This document shows positions 1-9,527 of a stretch of 64,000 bases of DNA, piece after piece. This DNA comes from an uncultured Nitrososphaerota archaeon (GTDB taxonomy: Archaea; Thermoproteota; Nitrososphaeria; Nitrososphaerales; Nitrosopumilaceae), in NCBI GenBank assembly GCA_963701075.1, contig OY969559.1:1120001-1184000 (forward strand). The letters are read 5' to 3'. Under the pieces are notes generated by a model, which had not been told where the DNA came from, did not search any database, and was given only the letters and a program-made list of their open reading frames with translations. The position numbers and the translations under genes were made by a program. Every line of letters begins with the position of its first letter. Position 1 is the stretch's first letter.

Positions 1-689
1 AGATTTATGATAACATACGCACTAGAGAAATATACAAAATGGTGTTAGATGCATTGGCCTCGGAAGAAAATGGTCGCATTGTCAAGCACAGGTATAGATT
101 AAAAGAATCTATAATGCGTATGGGACCTGCCGGCTTTCAGTTCGAGACATATGTTGCAAAAATACTTGAAAATTCTGGACACCAAATCAAATCCTTAAGG
201 TCAAAACTAACTGGCAGATGTGTGGAACATGAGATAGATGTTGTAACATATTCTGGGACCTCCAATAAAAGATACTTGATAGAATGCAAATATCATAATC
301 TGCCAGGAATATTCACAGGCATAAAAGAATCACTCTACACACATGCAAGATTTTTAGATCTTGTTTCATATTTTGATGCCGAGATGTTGGTAACCAATAC
401 CAAAGTTTCAAATGATGTTATTACCTACGCCAAATGTATTGGGCAAGAGATTTTGTCTTGGAGATATCCTCCTGATAATAGTCTTGAAAAATTGATTGAA
501 AAAAATGGATTATACCCATTAACGATTATGCCACTTTCTAGAAAAGAATTCGTAGCGTTATATGAAAATAACATTGTGGTTGCAAAAGACTTGCTATCAA
601 AAGATCCAAATCAACTGTCTCGCAATACTGGAATTTCATTAGTGCGCATAAGAAAATTACAAGACCTAGTAAAACAAATCATAGTCTAA
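1..689 (+). CDS. ATP-cone/Mrr-like PD-(D/E)xK restriction endonuclease family protein, 5'-truncated by the window edge
   Basis: Frame is open from base 3 (IYDNIRTREIY, ATP-cone-like); FETYVAKIL...EIDVV...IECKYH nuclease motif. Confidence 0.75.
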   Translation, partial: IYDNIRTREIYKMVLDALASEENGRIVKHRYRLKESIMRMGPAGFQFETYVAKILENSGHQIKSLRSKLTGRCVEHEIDVVTYSGTSNKRYLIECKYHNLPGIFTGIKESLYTHARFLDLVSYFDAEMLVTNTKVSNDVITYAKCIGQEILSWRYPPDNSLEKLIEKNGLYPLTIMPLSRKEFVALYENNIVVAKDLLSKDPNQLSRNTGISLVRIRKLQDLVKQIIV

Positions 690-1132
690 TGCACCAAAGT
701 TACAGGACATGGTGCATGTTCAGACACATGTCTTGCGGTACTGCCTAGGCGCTTGATTGATGATACTCCTGTCATCTTTCTGCTTCCCATAATTATCAAA
801 TCCGCTCTTGATCTCTTTGCTTCTTTTATGATTGCGTTTGTTACGTCGTCATTTACTATCTTGTATTGTATCTTCACGCCTTGTTCTCTACACTTCTCGA
901 CAACCTTGCCAACTTTCTTCTCGCCTTCTTGTTTTAGAGTTTTTAGAAAGTATTGATAATTTGCTGCAGCAGAACTAACAAGTACAGAATCTCCAATTGG
1001 ATAATAAATTGGAATTACCATGAACAGAGTGAGTTCTGCGTTAAAATTTCGAGCAATGTCTTTTGCAAGATCAAGAGCTTTTCTTGATAAGGGAGAACCA
1101 TCAAAGGGAAGAAGGATCTTTTTTATTATCAT
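686..1132 (-). CDS. Universal stress protein (UspA family)
   Basis: ILLPFDGS...DLIIMGSR...LGSTARHVSEHAPCPVTLVH. Confidence 0.93.
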   Translation of the reverse strand: MIIKKILLPFDGSPLSRKALDLAKDIARNFNAELTLFMVIPIYYPIGDSVLVSSAAANYQYFLKTLKQEGEKKVGKVVEKCREQGVKIQYKIVNDDVTNAIIKEAKRSRADLIIMGSRKMTGVSSIKRLGSTARHVSEHAPCPVTLVH

Positions 1133-1402
1133 TTAAAACATCTCTTTTACTTTTTGTCTATATTGTTCTACTAGTGCTCCAAACTCTGTAAAATCATTCT
1201 CGCCTAGATTCTGCATCCTTAATGCATATTGTGATAGAAACGTTGTCGGTGCGTTTCCTACCATGAGGTTATAGCACATTTCAGAGAGATCTCTGACTGC
1301 AGGAAAAGCAATTTTCAAGAATGGGAGGTAAGATTTGGTTTGTCTGAGCATCAGATCCATGTTTCTTTCAATGATCTCTTTGACTTCGGGTTGTAGTGTC
1401 AT
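1133..1402 (-). CDS. Hypothetical protein (89 aa)
   Basis: ORF packed with 0-1 bp gaps into a three-gene minus-strand operon. Confidence 0.7.
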   Translation of the reverse strand: MTLQPEVKEIIERNMDLMLRQTKSYLPFLKIAFPAVRDLSEMCYNLMVGNAPTTFLSQYALRMQNLGENDFTEFGALVEQYRQKVKEMF

Positions 1403-1403
1403 A

Positions 1404-1610
1404 TTAACTCACAGAGACTATTTGCTGTAGATTAGATTTAAGATGATGAGAGCACAGAAAGATCGTTTTTTCATTAATGATTTTAGCAGTAATTGATATT
1501 CCATTTAATTCCTTCTTGCATACGTAACAAGTCAATGGCTTGACCTCGGATCTTACCAATGTCTTGGCATGTGGTAAGAACAAGTCTTGAACAATGAATG
1601 TGTCAGCCAT
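1404..1610 (-). CDS. Small putative Zn-binding protein
   Basis: CYVC...CSHH motif; first gene of the operon; palindromic site at 1653-1670 upstream. Confidence 0.65.
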   Translation of the reverse strand: MADTFIVQDLFLPHAKTLVRSEVKPLTCYVCKKELNGISITAKIINEKTIFLCSHHLKSNLQQIVSVS

Positions 1611-1675
1611 TGCTCATATGTGTAATTATTAGGCTATTAAAGAATAGACCGCATTCTCAACTTTGGTTTCAACTC

Positions 1676-1693
1676 ATTATCATGTATGATAAT
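1676..1693. promoter_or_regulatory. Island regulon palindrome ATTATCA-tgta-TGATAAT
   Basis: Perfect palindrome ending 41 bp before ATG 1734, just upstream of a TATA-like box. Confidence 0.75.
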
Positions 1694-1733
1694 TTTGTCG
1701 GTATATTTTATACTAAATTTAGTAACATGCTAT

Positions 1734-2183
1734 ATGATTACAGCACGAGACATAATGTCAAAAAGAGTAATTACGATAGAATCCGATGTACCTGCATCCG
1801 ACATTGCTAAACTCATGGATAAAAATAAGGTCAGCAGCATAATTGTTACAAAGGATAACGCGCCTTACGGAATAATCTCTGAAAGAGACATGTTGTCCAA
1901 AGTTGTGGCTCAGAACAAGAGACCGTCAGAGATCAAAACAACAGAACTCATGTCATCACCACTTGTAGTTGTATCCCCCCTTACACCCGCTGAAGAAGTG
2001 GCAGAAAAGATGATCCTAAACAAACTCCGACGCATCGTGGTATCCGATGGCAAGCAAGCACTTGGGATAATAACCGTAACAGATTTCGTAAAACACCTTC
2101 ATGCAATGCTGTCTTCCTCAGAAGATTATAACAAGGATCTATACAAAGACATGATAGAAGACTGGGAATACTGGGTTTCGTAA
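1734..2183 (+). CDS. CBS-domain pair protein
   Basis: ARDIMSKRVITI...GIISERDM...GIITVTDF; start moved to ATG 1734. Confidence 0.9.
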   Translation: MITARDIMSKRVITIESDVPASDIAKLMDKNKVSSIIVTKDNAPYGIISERDMLSKVVAQNKRPSEIKTTELMSSPLVVVSPLTPAEEVAEKMILNKLRRIVVSDGKQALGIITVTDFVKHLHAMLSSSEDYNKDLYKDMIEDWEYWVS

Positions 2184-2255
2184 ACCCATGAGTAACGAGT
2201 TTATCTCAAGTCCATATCATGATAAAAAATTTCATTTGTTTTGTTAAATCTCACA

Positions 2256-3122
2256 TTATTGTAATGAGTTTTCAGACGCTATTGTTTTTACAATATCAGT
2301 CTTAGTTATGATGCCAACAAGTAACGAATTTTTTACAACTGGTAGACCGCTGATTCCGTTACGTATCATAAGGAGTGACGCTTCAGATACGTCTTCTGTG
2401 ACTTTAACTGTAACTGGATTTGGTGTCATTATGTCTGCTGCTATAAACGAGGCAAGATAATTCAATTGGTTTAATTTGAATTCTGATGGTTTTGCAGCCA
2501 TTCTGTATTTTTCTACTTCTTTTGGATCTCCCGCCTGTCTTAGCCATAGTGGAATCTTTGCAGGTATGAAATCGCGGTGTGTTATAATCCCAACAGGCTT
2601 TCGATTCCTTTCTACTACTACCCTAGATAACCTGTTTTTTACTAGAACGTTTTCAACATACAAAAGTGAATCGGCGGGTTTGACTGTAATCACATGTCTT
2701 GTCATTATCTTCGATACTTGAAGAGACGATGTAGCCTGTGTAAGAAATACTGATGTCAAATCGGTTTTTGTTATTATTCCTGCCATCTTGCCATCTTTTT
2801 TCAAAACAATAACTGAGCTTATCTTATTGTCTACCATTAGACGCGCGCAATCCTGTATTGTAGAATCTTCAGATGCGATTACAAGGTGCTTTATCATTAT
2901 CTCTGATACATGCGTTTTCTCAATTGGCTTATTGCCTAGATAGATCGATTTTATCAGATCTTTCTCAGTCACTATGCCTAACGGCTTCTCATTTTCAGAT
3001 ACTATAATTCTACTTATTCTGTATCGTAATAACATCGATCTTAGATCAAGAAGAGTTGTCTTTTGAGGTACGGTTATTGCCTTTTTTATTACCTGATTCA
3101 GATCGTAGTTTTTTAGTTTCAA
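2256..3122 (-). CDS. Four-CBS-domain protein
   Basis: Repeated GIVTEKD/GIITKTD/GIITHRD motifs. Confidence 0.9.
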   Translation of the reverse strand: MKLKNYDLNQVIKKAITVPQKTTLLDLRSMLLRYRISRIIVSENEKPLGIVTEKDLIKSIYLGNKPIEKTHVSEIMIKHLVIASEDSTIQDCARLMVDNKISSVIVLKKDGKMAGIITKTDLTSVFLTQATSSLQVSKIMTRHVITVKPADSLLYVENVLVKNRLSRVVVERNRKPVGIITHRDFIPAKIPLWLRQAGDPKEVEKYRMAAKPSEFKLNQLNYLASFIAADIMTPNPVTVKVTEDVSEASLLMIRNGISGLPVVKNSLLVGIITKTDIVKTIASENSLQ

Positions 3123-3203
3123 TGACTATTCTCTCATACGATTGCATAAGAAAGACTATTTCAAATTTCAAAGATGATAATCACTATCTCTTAACCTTGA
3201 CAG

Positions 3204-3851
3204 TTATTTTGAGTTGGACTTGTAGCCATAGCTGCCCAGAATTGCCATTACCTGATAATCCTCTACTTGTTCAAATACATTGTAAAATTCGCCAACAGCA
3301 CTGAAAAATACTGGGACATCTAGAACTACAACTTCGGCTATCTTCGATAGTCTCTCAATAGTATCTCTTGGTCCTATCGGTATTGCTACAATTACTCTTT
3401 TAGGATGCTGCTTTTTGACCCATTCTACTGCTGCAAACATTGTTGCTCCTGTGGCAATGCCGTCATCAACTAGTACTACAGTTTTGCCTTTCAAGTCGTA
3501 TTCCGTGTTTCCCCTAAATTTCATTACTCGGCGTTCTATCTCTTTTAGTTCTGATCTGATCTCCTTCTTGATATACTCACTTGGAACATTTAATGCCGCT
3601 ATGATATCGGCATTTGGAAAGAAACTTCCATCATGCATTACCGCCCCTATTGCAAGCTCAGGGTTGTATGGGGCACCTATCTTCCTTGATATGATTATGT
3701 CTAGTTTTGTGCCAAGTTTTTTCGCTATGACATCTCCTGTTACTACACCCCCGCGAGGTATGGCAAGTATCACAGGATTTTCGTTTCTTAAATTCTCTAG
3801 TTTCTTTGCAAGTTTTTGAGCAGCGTCTACTCTGTCTTTGAATAGTATCAT
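3204..3851 (-). CDS. Phosphoribosyltransferase family protein (Rv0571c/Rv2030c-like N-domain)
   Basis: FKDRVDAA, AIPRGG, RKIGAPYNPELAIGA, VLVDDGIATGATM. Confidence 0.9.
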   Translation of the reverse strand: MILFKDRVDAAQKLAKKLENLRNENPVILAIPRGGVVTGDVIAKKLGTKLDIIISRKIGAPYNPELAIGAVMHDGSFFPNADIIAALNVPSEYIKKEIRSELKEIERRVMKFRGNTEYDLKGKTVVLVDDGIATGATMFAAVEWVKKQHPKRVIVAIPIGPRDTIERLSKIAEVVVLDVPVFFSAVGEFYNVFEQVEDYQVMAILGSYGYKSNSK

Positions 3852-4528
3852 GTTTCTTTCTCCAAATATTTCAAAAACCAACCAGATGCATAATGTGCAA
3901 CCTCTTCAAGCTTTCCTTTCTCTTCAAATAGATGTGTCGCCCCTGGAATTATTACTAACTTCTTCTCTGATTGGAGGGAAGACAGAGCTTTCTTGTTTAA
4001 TTCAATAACAGGTTCGTCGTAACCTCCAACAATTAGAAGAGTAGGACACTTTACATCCGCTAATCTTTGTCCTGCTAAATCTGGTCTCCCCCCGCGAGAT
4101 ACAACAGCTTTTACAACTTTGGGCCTATCTGCTGCAGCAACAAGGGCAGCTCCACCGCCAGTACTTGCTCCAAAATATCCAATCTTTAATCTATTTAGCT
4201 TGGAATTTTTTAATACCCAGTCTGTAGTGTTTACAAGTCTTTTTGCAAGCAATGTTATATCAAACCTAAGATTAGCTGTCTGAAGATCTAAAGTCTCTTC
4301 CTCAGTAGTGAGTAGGTCAAACAAAAGTGTAGCAATCCCATTTTTGTTGAGTTCTTGTGCAACAAAACGGTTTCTTGGGCTCAGTCTACTGCTTCCGCTT
4401 CCGTGTGCAAAAAGGACTAAACCGCTAGCACCTTTTGGAACAGAAATGTTTCCTTCCAGTGTTACCTGACCTATTTTTATGGAAACAGTATCATTATACT
4501 GCTTCTCACTTTTTTCGAATATCTCCAT
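3848..4528 (-). CDS. Dienelactone-hydrolase-like alpha/beta hydrolase
   Basis: FAHGSGSSRLSPRN, GYFGASTG, VSRGGRPDLA, GATHLFEE; 4-bp overlap with the PRTase gene. Confidence 0.9.
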   Translation of the reverse strand: MEIFEKSEKQYNDTVSIKIGQVTLEGNISVPKGASGLVLFAHGSGSSRLSPRNRFVAQELNKNGIATLLFDLLTTEEETLDLQTANLRFDITLLAKRLVNTTDWVLKNSKLNRLKIGYFGASTGGGAALVAAADRPKVVKAVVSRGGRPDLAGQRLADVKCPTLLIVGGYDEPVIELNKKALSSLQSEKKLVIIPGATHLFEEKGKLEEVAHYASGWFLKYLEKET

Positions 4529-4676
4529 ACCCTATCATCCCATCCAGGATCATCGAATGATCGTCGTCTCCCTTACAACAAACACACCCTAGTTTGAGGC
4601 ATTCTCTTGCAAGTCCATGATTGCAGCTTCTACAAGTACATACTGTATCTCGAGATATTTTGCTATGTTTTGTCAG
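4506..4676 (-). CDS. Unannotated 56-aa Cys-rich protein (probable CTG start)
   Basis: Manual translation ...DTVCTCRSCNHGLARECLKLGCVCCKGDDDHSMILDG...; TATA box and regulon palindrome upstream. Confidence 0.55.
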   Translation of the reverse strand: MTKHSKISRDTVCTCRSCNHGLARECLKLGCVCCKGDDDHSMILDGMIGYGDIRKK

Positions 4677-4720
4677 CGTGCAATCAAGACAGTTTATAAA
4701 TTATTTTAATTGAAAAGTTG

Positions 4721-4781
4721 ATTATCAACAATGATAATTGTTAGATTTACAATCCAGGACCTAATTATCAACAATGAGATT
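4721..4781. promoter_or_regulatory. Two regulon palindromes serving divergent promoters
   Basis: ATTATCA-acaa-TGATAAT (4721-4738) and ATTATCA-acaa-TGAGATT (4764-4781, 42 bp before ATG 4823). Confidence 0.75.
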
Positions 4782-4822
4782 CATGGGATAACTTAATTGT
4801 GTTTTTTCATTAAATACAATTA

Positions 4823-5278
4823 ATGGCAAACAATTCCTATGCGAACATACTTGTTCCTTATGATGGCTCTAAATTCTCTCAAAAAGCGCTGGATGTAGCA
4901 AAAACATTTGCAAAGCGTTTTGACTCTACCCTTCATATTGCAACTGTTGTAGACCTAAGTGACGTCGCTTCTCCAGGCATGATACGTTCAAAGGGAATAA
5001 AGACAATCGAACAGATAAGAACTTCAATTAAACAATCTGCAAAGACCATCATTTTGCAAAAGGAAAATGAATGCACTACTGAAAAAATTAAAACAAAGGG
5101 GTGGATTCTTGAAGGTCCGACCACTAGTGAATTATTAAAATTAATCAAGGAAAACCGCACAGATCTAGTCATAATTGGAAGTAGGGGGCTCTCGGGATTC
5201 TCAAAAATGATGGCATTAGGCAGTGTTAGCAGAAAGATATCAGAGTTATCTGATTGTCCAGTAATGATTATACACTAA
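4823..5278 (+). CDS. Universal stress protein
   Basis: ILVPYDGS...VIIGSRG...LGSVSRKI...CPVMIIH. Confidence 0.93.
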   Translation: MANNSYANILVPYDGSKFSQKALDVAKTFAKRFDSTLHIATVVDLSDVASPGMIRSKGIKTIEQIRTSIKQSAKTIILQKENECTTEKIKTKGWILEGPTTSELLKLIKENRTDLVIIGSRGLSGFSKMMALGSVSRKISELSDCPVMIIH

Positions 5279-5296
5279 ACCGGACTTGAAGATTAT

Positions 5297-5755
5297 ATGA
5301 TTGATATTAGTTTCTCAGATATTCTAAGTATTGCACAAACAGCTGGCATTATCGGCTCTCTTGTTATTGCATTTTATTTCTCAAGACGAGAGATTCAACA
5401 TCTATCCAGGGAATTCCAAGCTCAGGTTCTCAACAATATTACTGAGAGAATGTATCGTATTAGTGATATAATAATTGAGCATCCTGATCTTTCAAAATTG
5501 ATAAACAAAACCGACCCTCCCGAACAAGTATTTGCAATTTACATATTGTCGGTATACAATCAAGCATTCAACATGCATAGGAGAAAGTTACTAAATGACG
5601 CAATCTGGTCTGGATGGACGCAGATGATACGAAGTAGCTTCAAAGATGGAACCCTTGTAGAATATTGGGAAAAAATCAAAGCAAATAACAGATTTAGTTC
5701 TGATTTTAGGCATTTCATAAACAACACCATATTAGCCAGACAAGAGAAGACATAA
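5297..5755 (+). CDS. Hypothetical membrane-anchored protein
   Basis: N-terminal hydrophobic helix; 152-aa ORF in operon. Confidence 0.7.
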   Translation: MIDISFSDILSIAQTAGIIGSLVIAFYFSRREIQHLSREFQAQVLNNITERMYRISDIIIEHPDLSKLINKTDPPEQVFAIYILSVYNQAFNMHRRKLLNDAIWSGWTQMIRSSFKDGTLVEYWEKIKANNRFSSDFRHFINNTILARQEKT

Positions 5756-5782
5756 TGCTTCTATGAAATTACGATCTGAGAG

Positions 5783-7117
5783 TTGTGGAATAATTTGGCC
5801 ACATTAAAAAGAAATGTAGGTGTTTTTGGCGCAGCCTCCATAGGAATCGCAAACATCATAGGTGCTGGCATCTTTGTTCTAAGCGGTGTTGCAGCAGGTC
5901 TTGCTGGTCCCTCTGCAATACTTTCTTTTTTGATTGCAGGATTTGTAGCACTTCTTGCTGCATTCTCATCTTCAGAGTTATCCTCTTTTATTACAGCGAC
6001 GGGTGCTTCATATTCGTATACGAAAAGGGCATTTGGAAGATTCTGGAGCTTTCTTGTAGGCTGGTTTTTATATTTTGATCAAATAGTAGGTGCTGCGGCA
6101 GTCTCTGTTGGGTTTGCAGCATATTTTTCCGTGTTGTTTGGCCTGCAGGGCACAACCACAATAATCTTGACAGCGCTAGGAATGCCCCTTGTAATGCTTG
6201 TCCTCAACTTGATTGGAATACGACAAGTCAGCGGCATAGCTTCTGCGATGGTTCTCATCAAGATCTTTGCTATTGTGCTGATCATTTTCCTTGGGATATT
6301 TTTTATAACAAACCACTTTGATCCAAGGCATTACACGCCATTTTTCGCAAACGGCCTTGGTGGAACTTTCAATGGGGCAGCAATAATCTTCTTTGCATTT
6401 GCTGGATTCAATACTGTTTCCATGCTTTCAGAAGAAGTCAAAAGTCCTGAAAAAACCATCCCAAAGGCATTGATGATTGCATTTACAGTTACTTTTGTCC
6501 TTTATGTAGGAATAGCATTTGTTGAGATTGGTGTTTTAGACTGGCACAAATTGGGCTCGGTGGCTTCTCCATTGAGTACTTTGGCTTCTGCCCTTTCAGA
6601 TAATCAGGTGATACTTGATTTTGTTTCATTTTCTGCTCTGATTGCTACAGGATCCGTAGCATTAAGTTCCATAACTGCAGGGGCACGAGGAAGTTTTGCA
6701 ATGAGTAGAGACAATCTTTTTCCAAGATTTTTTACTCGCATACACAAAAAATTTGGAACGCCGTATCTTTCAATAATAATATGTGGAATTGCAATATCTG
6801 TACTTGCTGGCGTCTTTTCTAATAATATAGGCATAATTGCCTCAATTTTTAATTTTGGGACACTCTTCACTTATCTCTTCATCCATCTCTCTGTGATTAA
6901 ATTGAGAAGAAAAGAGCCGGGAACTGCCAGGCCCTTCAAAGTTCCACTGTATCCCGCATTTCCTATAATGGGAGCTTCAAGTTGCATAGCCCTGATGTAC
7001 TATCTGAGTAATACTGCAAAGATAGCATCTTTTATCTGGCTTTTGATAGGATTGTTTCTCTATGCCCTCTTGATTAAGAAGATAAAATTCTCAAACAGCC
7101 TTCATTCTTCCAAATGA
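5783..7117 (+). CDS. APC-family amino acid permease
   Basis: IIGAGIF, FFAFAGF...SEEVKSP, RPFKVP; about 12 TM helices. Confidence 0.92.
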   Translation: MWNNLATLKRNVGVFGAASIGIANIIGAGIFVLSGVAAGLAGPSAILSFLIAGFVALLAAFSSSELSSFITATGASYSYTKRAFGRFWSFLVGWFLYFDQIVGAAAVSVGFAAYFSVLFGLQGTTTIILTALGMPLVMLVLNLIGIRQVSGIASAMVLIKIFAIVLIIFLGIFFITNHFDPRHYTPFFANGLGGTFNGAAIIFFAFAGFNTVSMLSEEVKSPEKTIPKALMIAFTVTFVLYVGIAFVEIGVLDWHKLGSVASPLSTLASALSDNQVILDFVSFSALIATGSVALSSITAGARGSFAMSRDNLFPRFFTRIHKKFGTPYLSIIICGIAISVLAGVFSNNIGIIASIFNFGTLFTYLFIHLSVIKLRRKEPGTARPFKVPLYPAFPIMGASSCIALMYYLSNTAKIASFIWLLIGLFLYALLIKKIKFSNSLHSSK

Positions 7118-7865
7118 GTAGGCCCCTATGGCACCAAGAGATATGGCATAAACTAGTACAATCGCAATATCAAATACAAAAGATTTACTGCCTACGCCCA
7201 GCACTGCAATTCTCATCGCATCAACTGCGTATGTAGCAGGATCAATAGAGGTTATGAACATCAACCATTGAGGTAGCTTGTCAAGTGGAAAGAGTGCCCC
7301 ACTTAAGAAAAATAATGGAAATACAACAAAGCTTGCTATCAGCTGGAAGCCTTCCAAGCTTTGCATGTCAGCTTCCTATGGCAAGACCAAGAGACGTTAA
7401 TGTAAAAGAGAGGAGTAATACAATAACAATCACCTCAATCATTCCTAGTGGGGAATACGTGATTCCAATTAATACTCCAATTGACAAGAGTATTGCAGCT
7501 TGGATGAGAGAGCTTGTCATGCCGCCAAGCGCCTTGCCAACAAAAATAGTTCCCCTGCTAACTGGAGCCACCATGACACTTTTTAGAAAATCAAATTTCC
7601 TGTCCCATATTACATAGGAGCCAAAAAATATGGAAGTAAAGATAATTGACATGCATATTATTCCAGGAAAGATGAATTTTTGATATCCCATAGAGCTTCC
7701 AGCAGGTAAGATTGCGACTGAGCCAAATCCTATGCCTATTACAAAGAGCCATAATAGTGGTGTAAATGTGGAAGCAACAAGTCTGCTTCTCTCCCGTAAG
7801 AATACCTTGAACTCTCGTAGCCATAGGGCATACAACTTTTCAAATACCGCAATCTTATTTTCCAT
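7091..7865 (-). CDS. ABC-2 type (DrrB-like) permease, split by one extra base at 7369 (probable sequencing artefact)
   Basis: Removing C7369 gives ...LAIGSYMQSLEGFQ...FFLSGALFP in a single 257-aa frame. Confidence 0.85.
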
Positions 7866-8808
7866 ACTGAGCATATCTTTCCATGTAGCCTCCTTCTACA
7901 CTCTCTTTGAGATTTTTTGAGGCAAGTTTTAGGAATACGTCATTTAGGTCTGGCGTTCTAAACTCGACATATTCTGCCTCTAAATGTCGTAAAATATCAG
8001 GTATGTTGGCTCGTGCATTATCAACATACATGATTATCTCTCCGTTGACGAATTCAATTTTTCTAATGTAAATTAGTTTTTTAAGATTTTCTAAATCTGG
8101 ATAAAATTTTGGCTTGATCTTAACGATATCACCTCCTATCAATTTTTTTAGGTTTACAGGAGTATCGAGTGCTATTATCTTTCCTTGATCTATGATGCCT
8201 ATCCTGTCACATAGATGATCTGCCTCTTCCATGTAGTGAGTCGTAAGGATAAACGTCATATCCTCTTCTTTGACAAGCTTTTGAACATACTTCCACATCA
8301 TCTCCCTACTGCTTGGGTCAAGGCCAAGCGTTGGCTCGTCAAGAAACATCATCTTTGGTTTGTGCAAGAGACCGCGAGCTATCTCAAGACGTCTTCTCAT
8401 GCCGCCAGAGTATTTCTTGACCTCATCGTTCTGTCTGTCTGCAAGCCCGACAAGCTCTAACACAGACTGTATTCTCTTTTCCCTCTCGTATGCTGGAACA
8501 CTATAAAGAAATGCATGTATCTTCAGATTTTCATAACCTGTTAGCATATCGTCGCTGCTGGGGGCCTGAAATACGATTCCTATGGATGATCGTACTTTTC
8601 CTGGTTCAGTAATTATGTCATAACCGTTTACGATGGCAGTTCCTGATGTTGGTTTTAGCAAGGTTGCCAACATGTGGATGACCGTGGTCTTGCCTGCACC
8701 GTTTGGACCCAATAGTCCAAAGACCTCGCCCTTGTTTATCTCAAGATTTATGTTATCTACTACCGTGAGATTCTCGTACCTTTTTGTTAGGTTGCGTATC
8801 TTAATCAA
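7855..8808 (-). CDS. ABC transporter ATP-binding protein (DrrA-like)
   Basis: GPNGAGKT, YSGGMRRR, FLDEPTLGLDP; TTG start at 8808 lies 42 bp from palindrome 8850-8867. Confidence 0.93.
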   Translation of the reverse strand: MIKIRNLTKRYENLTVVDNINLEINKGEVFGLLGPNGAGKTTVIHMLATLLKPTSGTAIVNGYDIITEPGKVRSSIGIVFQAPSSDDMLTGYENLKIHAFLYSVPAYEREKRIQSVLELVGLADRQNDEVKKYSGGMRRRLEIARGLLHKPKMMFLDEPTLGLDPSSREMMWKYVQKLVKEEDMTFILTTHYMEEADHLCDRIGIIDQGKIIALDTPVNLKKLIGGDIVKIKPKFYPDLENLKKLIYIRKIEFVNGEIIMYVDNARANIPDILRHLEAEYVEFRTPDLNDVFLKLASKNLKESVEGGYMERYAQYGK

Positions 8809-8896
8809 ATGACATTGTTGATACACAGAGTAATATATCTAGAAGCATGCTTATCAGAAGTGAAAATGATCTCTATTACAAAAAATAGATTGTGGG

Positions 8897-9409
8897 TTAT
8901 GCCGCTTTTGCTTGCGACGGTAACTCCTTTTTAGAAGATGTCTTTTTTGGTAGTTCTACCGTTAGAATGCCATTGTTTACGTTTGCTGTTATGGCTGACT
9001 CGACGATTTTTTCTGGGATTGTCAAGATGCGCTGGTATTTTAGAAAGGACCTCTCATTTCTGATGAATTCCTTTGACTTTTCTTCTTTTACATCCTTGTG
9101 TTCAGCTGATATCTCCACCTGTCTTCCTGACACATTTACCTTTACCTCATCGGTTGCAATTCCTGGCAAGTCTGCTGTGAGAACAAACTTGTCTCCCTTG
9201 TCAGCAATATCACAGCTTACGTCTCTTGGAAACTGACGCATGTAGCTTGGAAACATGTCATACATGTGGTCAAAATTCTCAAATGCCTGTGACCAGGTTG
9301 ATTCTATCTCTTTAAACCAAGGCATATCTGCCCATGGAGAATAGAGTGGTTCAAACCACGTATTGCGAACAGTTGCAGGAAGTCGTTTTTCGTTGGTGAC
9401 CTTTACCAT
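8897..9409 (-). CDS. Small heat-shock protein (Hsp20/alpha-crystallin)
   Basis: ADLPGI...ERSF...ANVNNGILTVELPK; start set to ATG 9409 because the ORF-track extension covers the promoter. Confidence 0.9.
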   Translation of the reverse strand: MVKVTNEKRLPATVRNTWFEPLYSPWADMPWFKEIESTWSQAFENFDHMYDMFPSYMRQFPRDVSCDIADKGDKFVLTADLPGIATDEVKVNVSGRQVEISAEHKDVKEEKSKEFIRNERSFLKYQRILTIPEKIVESAITANVNNGILTVELPKKTSSKKELPSQAKAA

Positions 9410-9448
9410 GTGATCAAATATGCGTAAGAGGTTAAAAGCAATTTCATG

Positions 9449-9487
9449 ATTCTCATCTGTGATAACTATGTTATCAAAAATGAGTTT
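9449..9487. promoter_or_regulatory. Two regulon palindromes between divergent hsp20 and phaC
   Basis: ATTCTCA-tctg-TGATAAC (9449-9466; 40 bp from hsp20 start) and GTTATCA-aaaa-TGAGTTT (9470-9487; 41 bp from phaC start). Confidence 0.65.
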
Positions 9488-9527
9488 TGTCATCTTGCTT
9501 AAATTATAGAATTGACTTAACCTCTAC

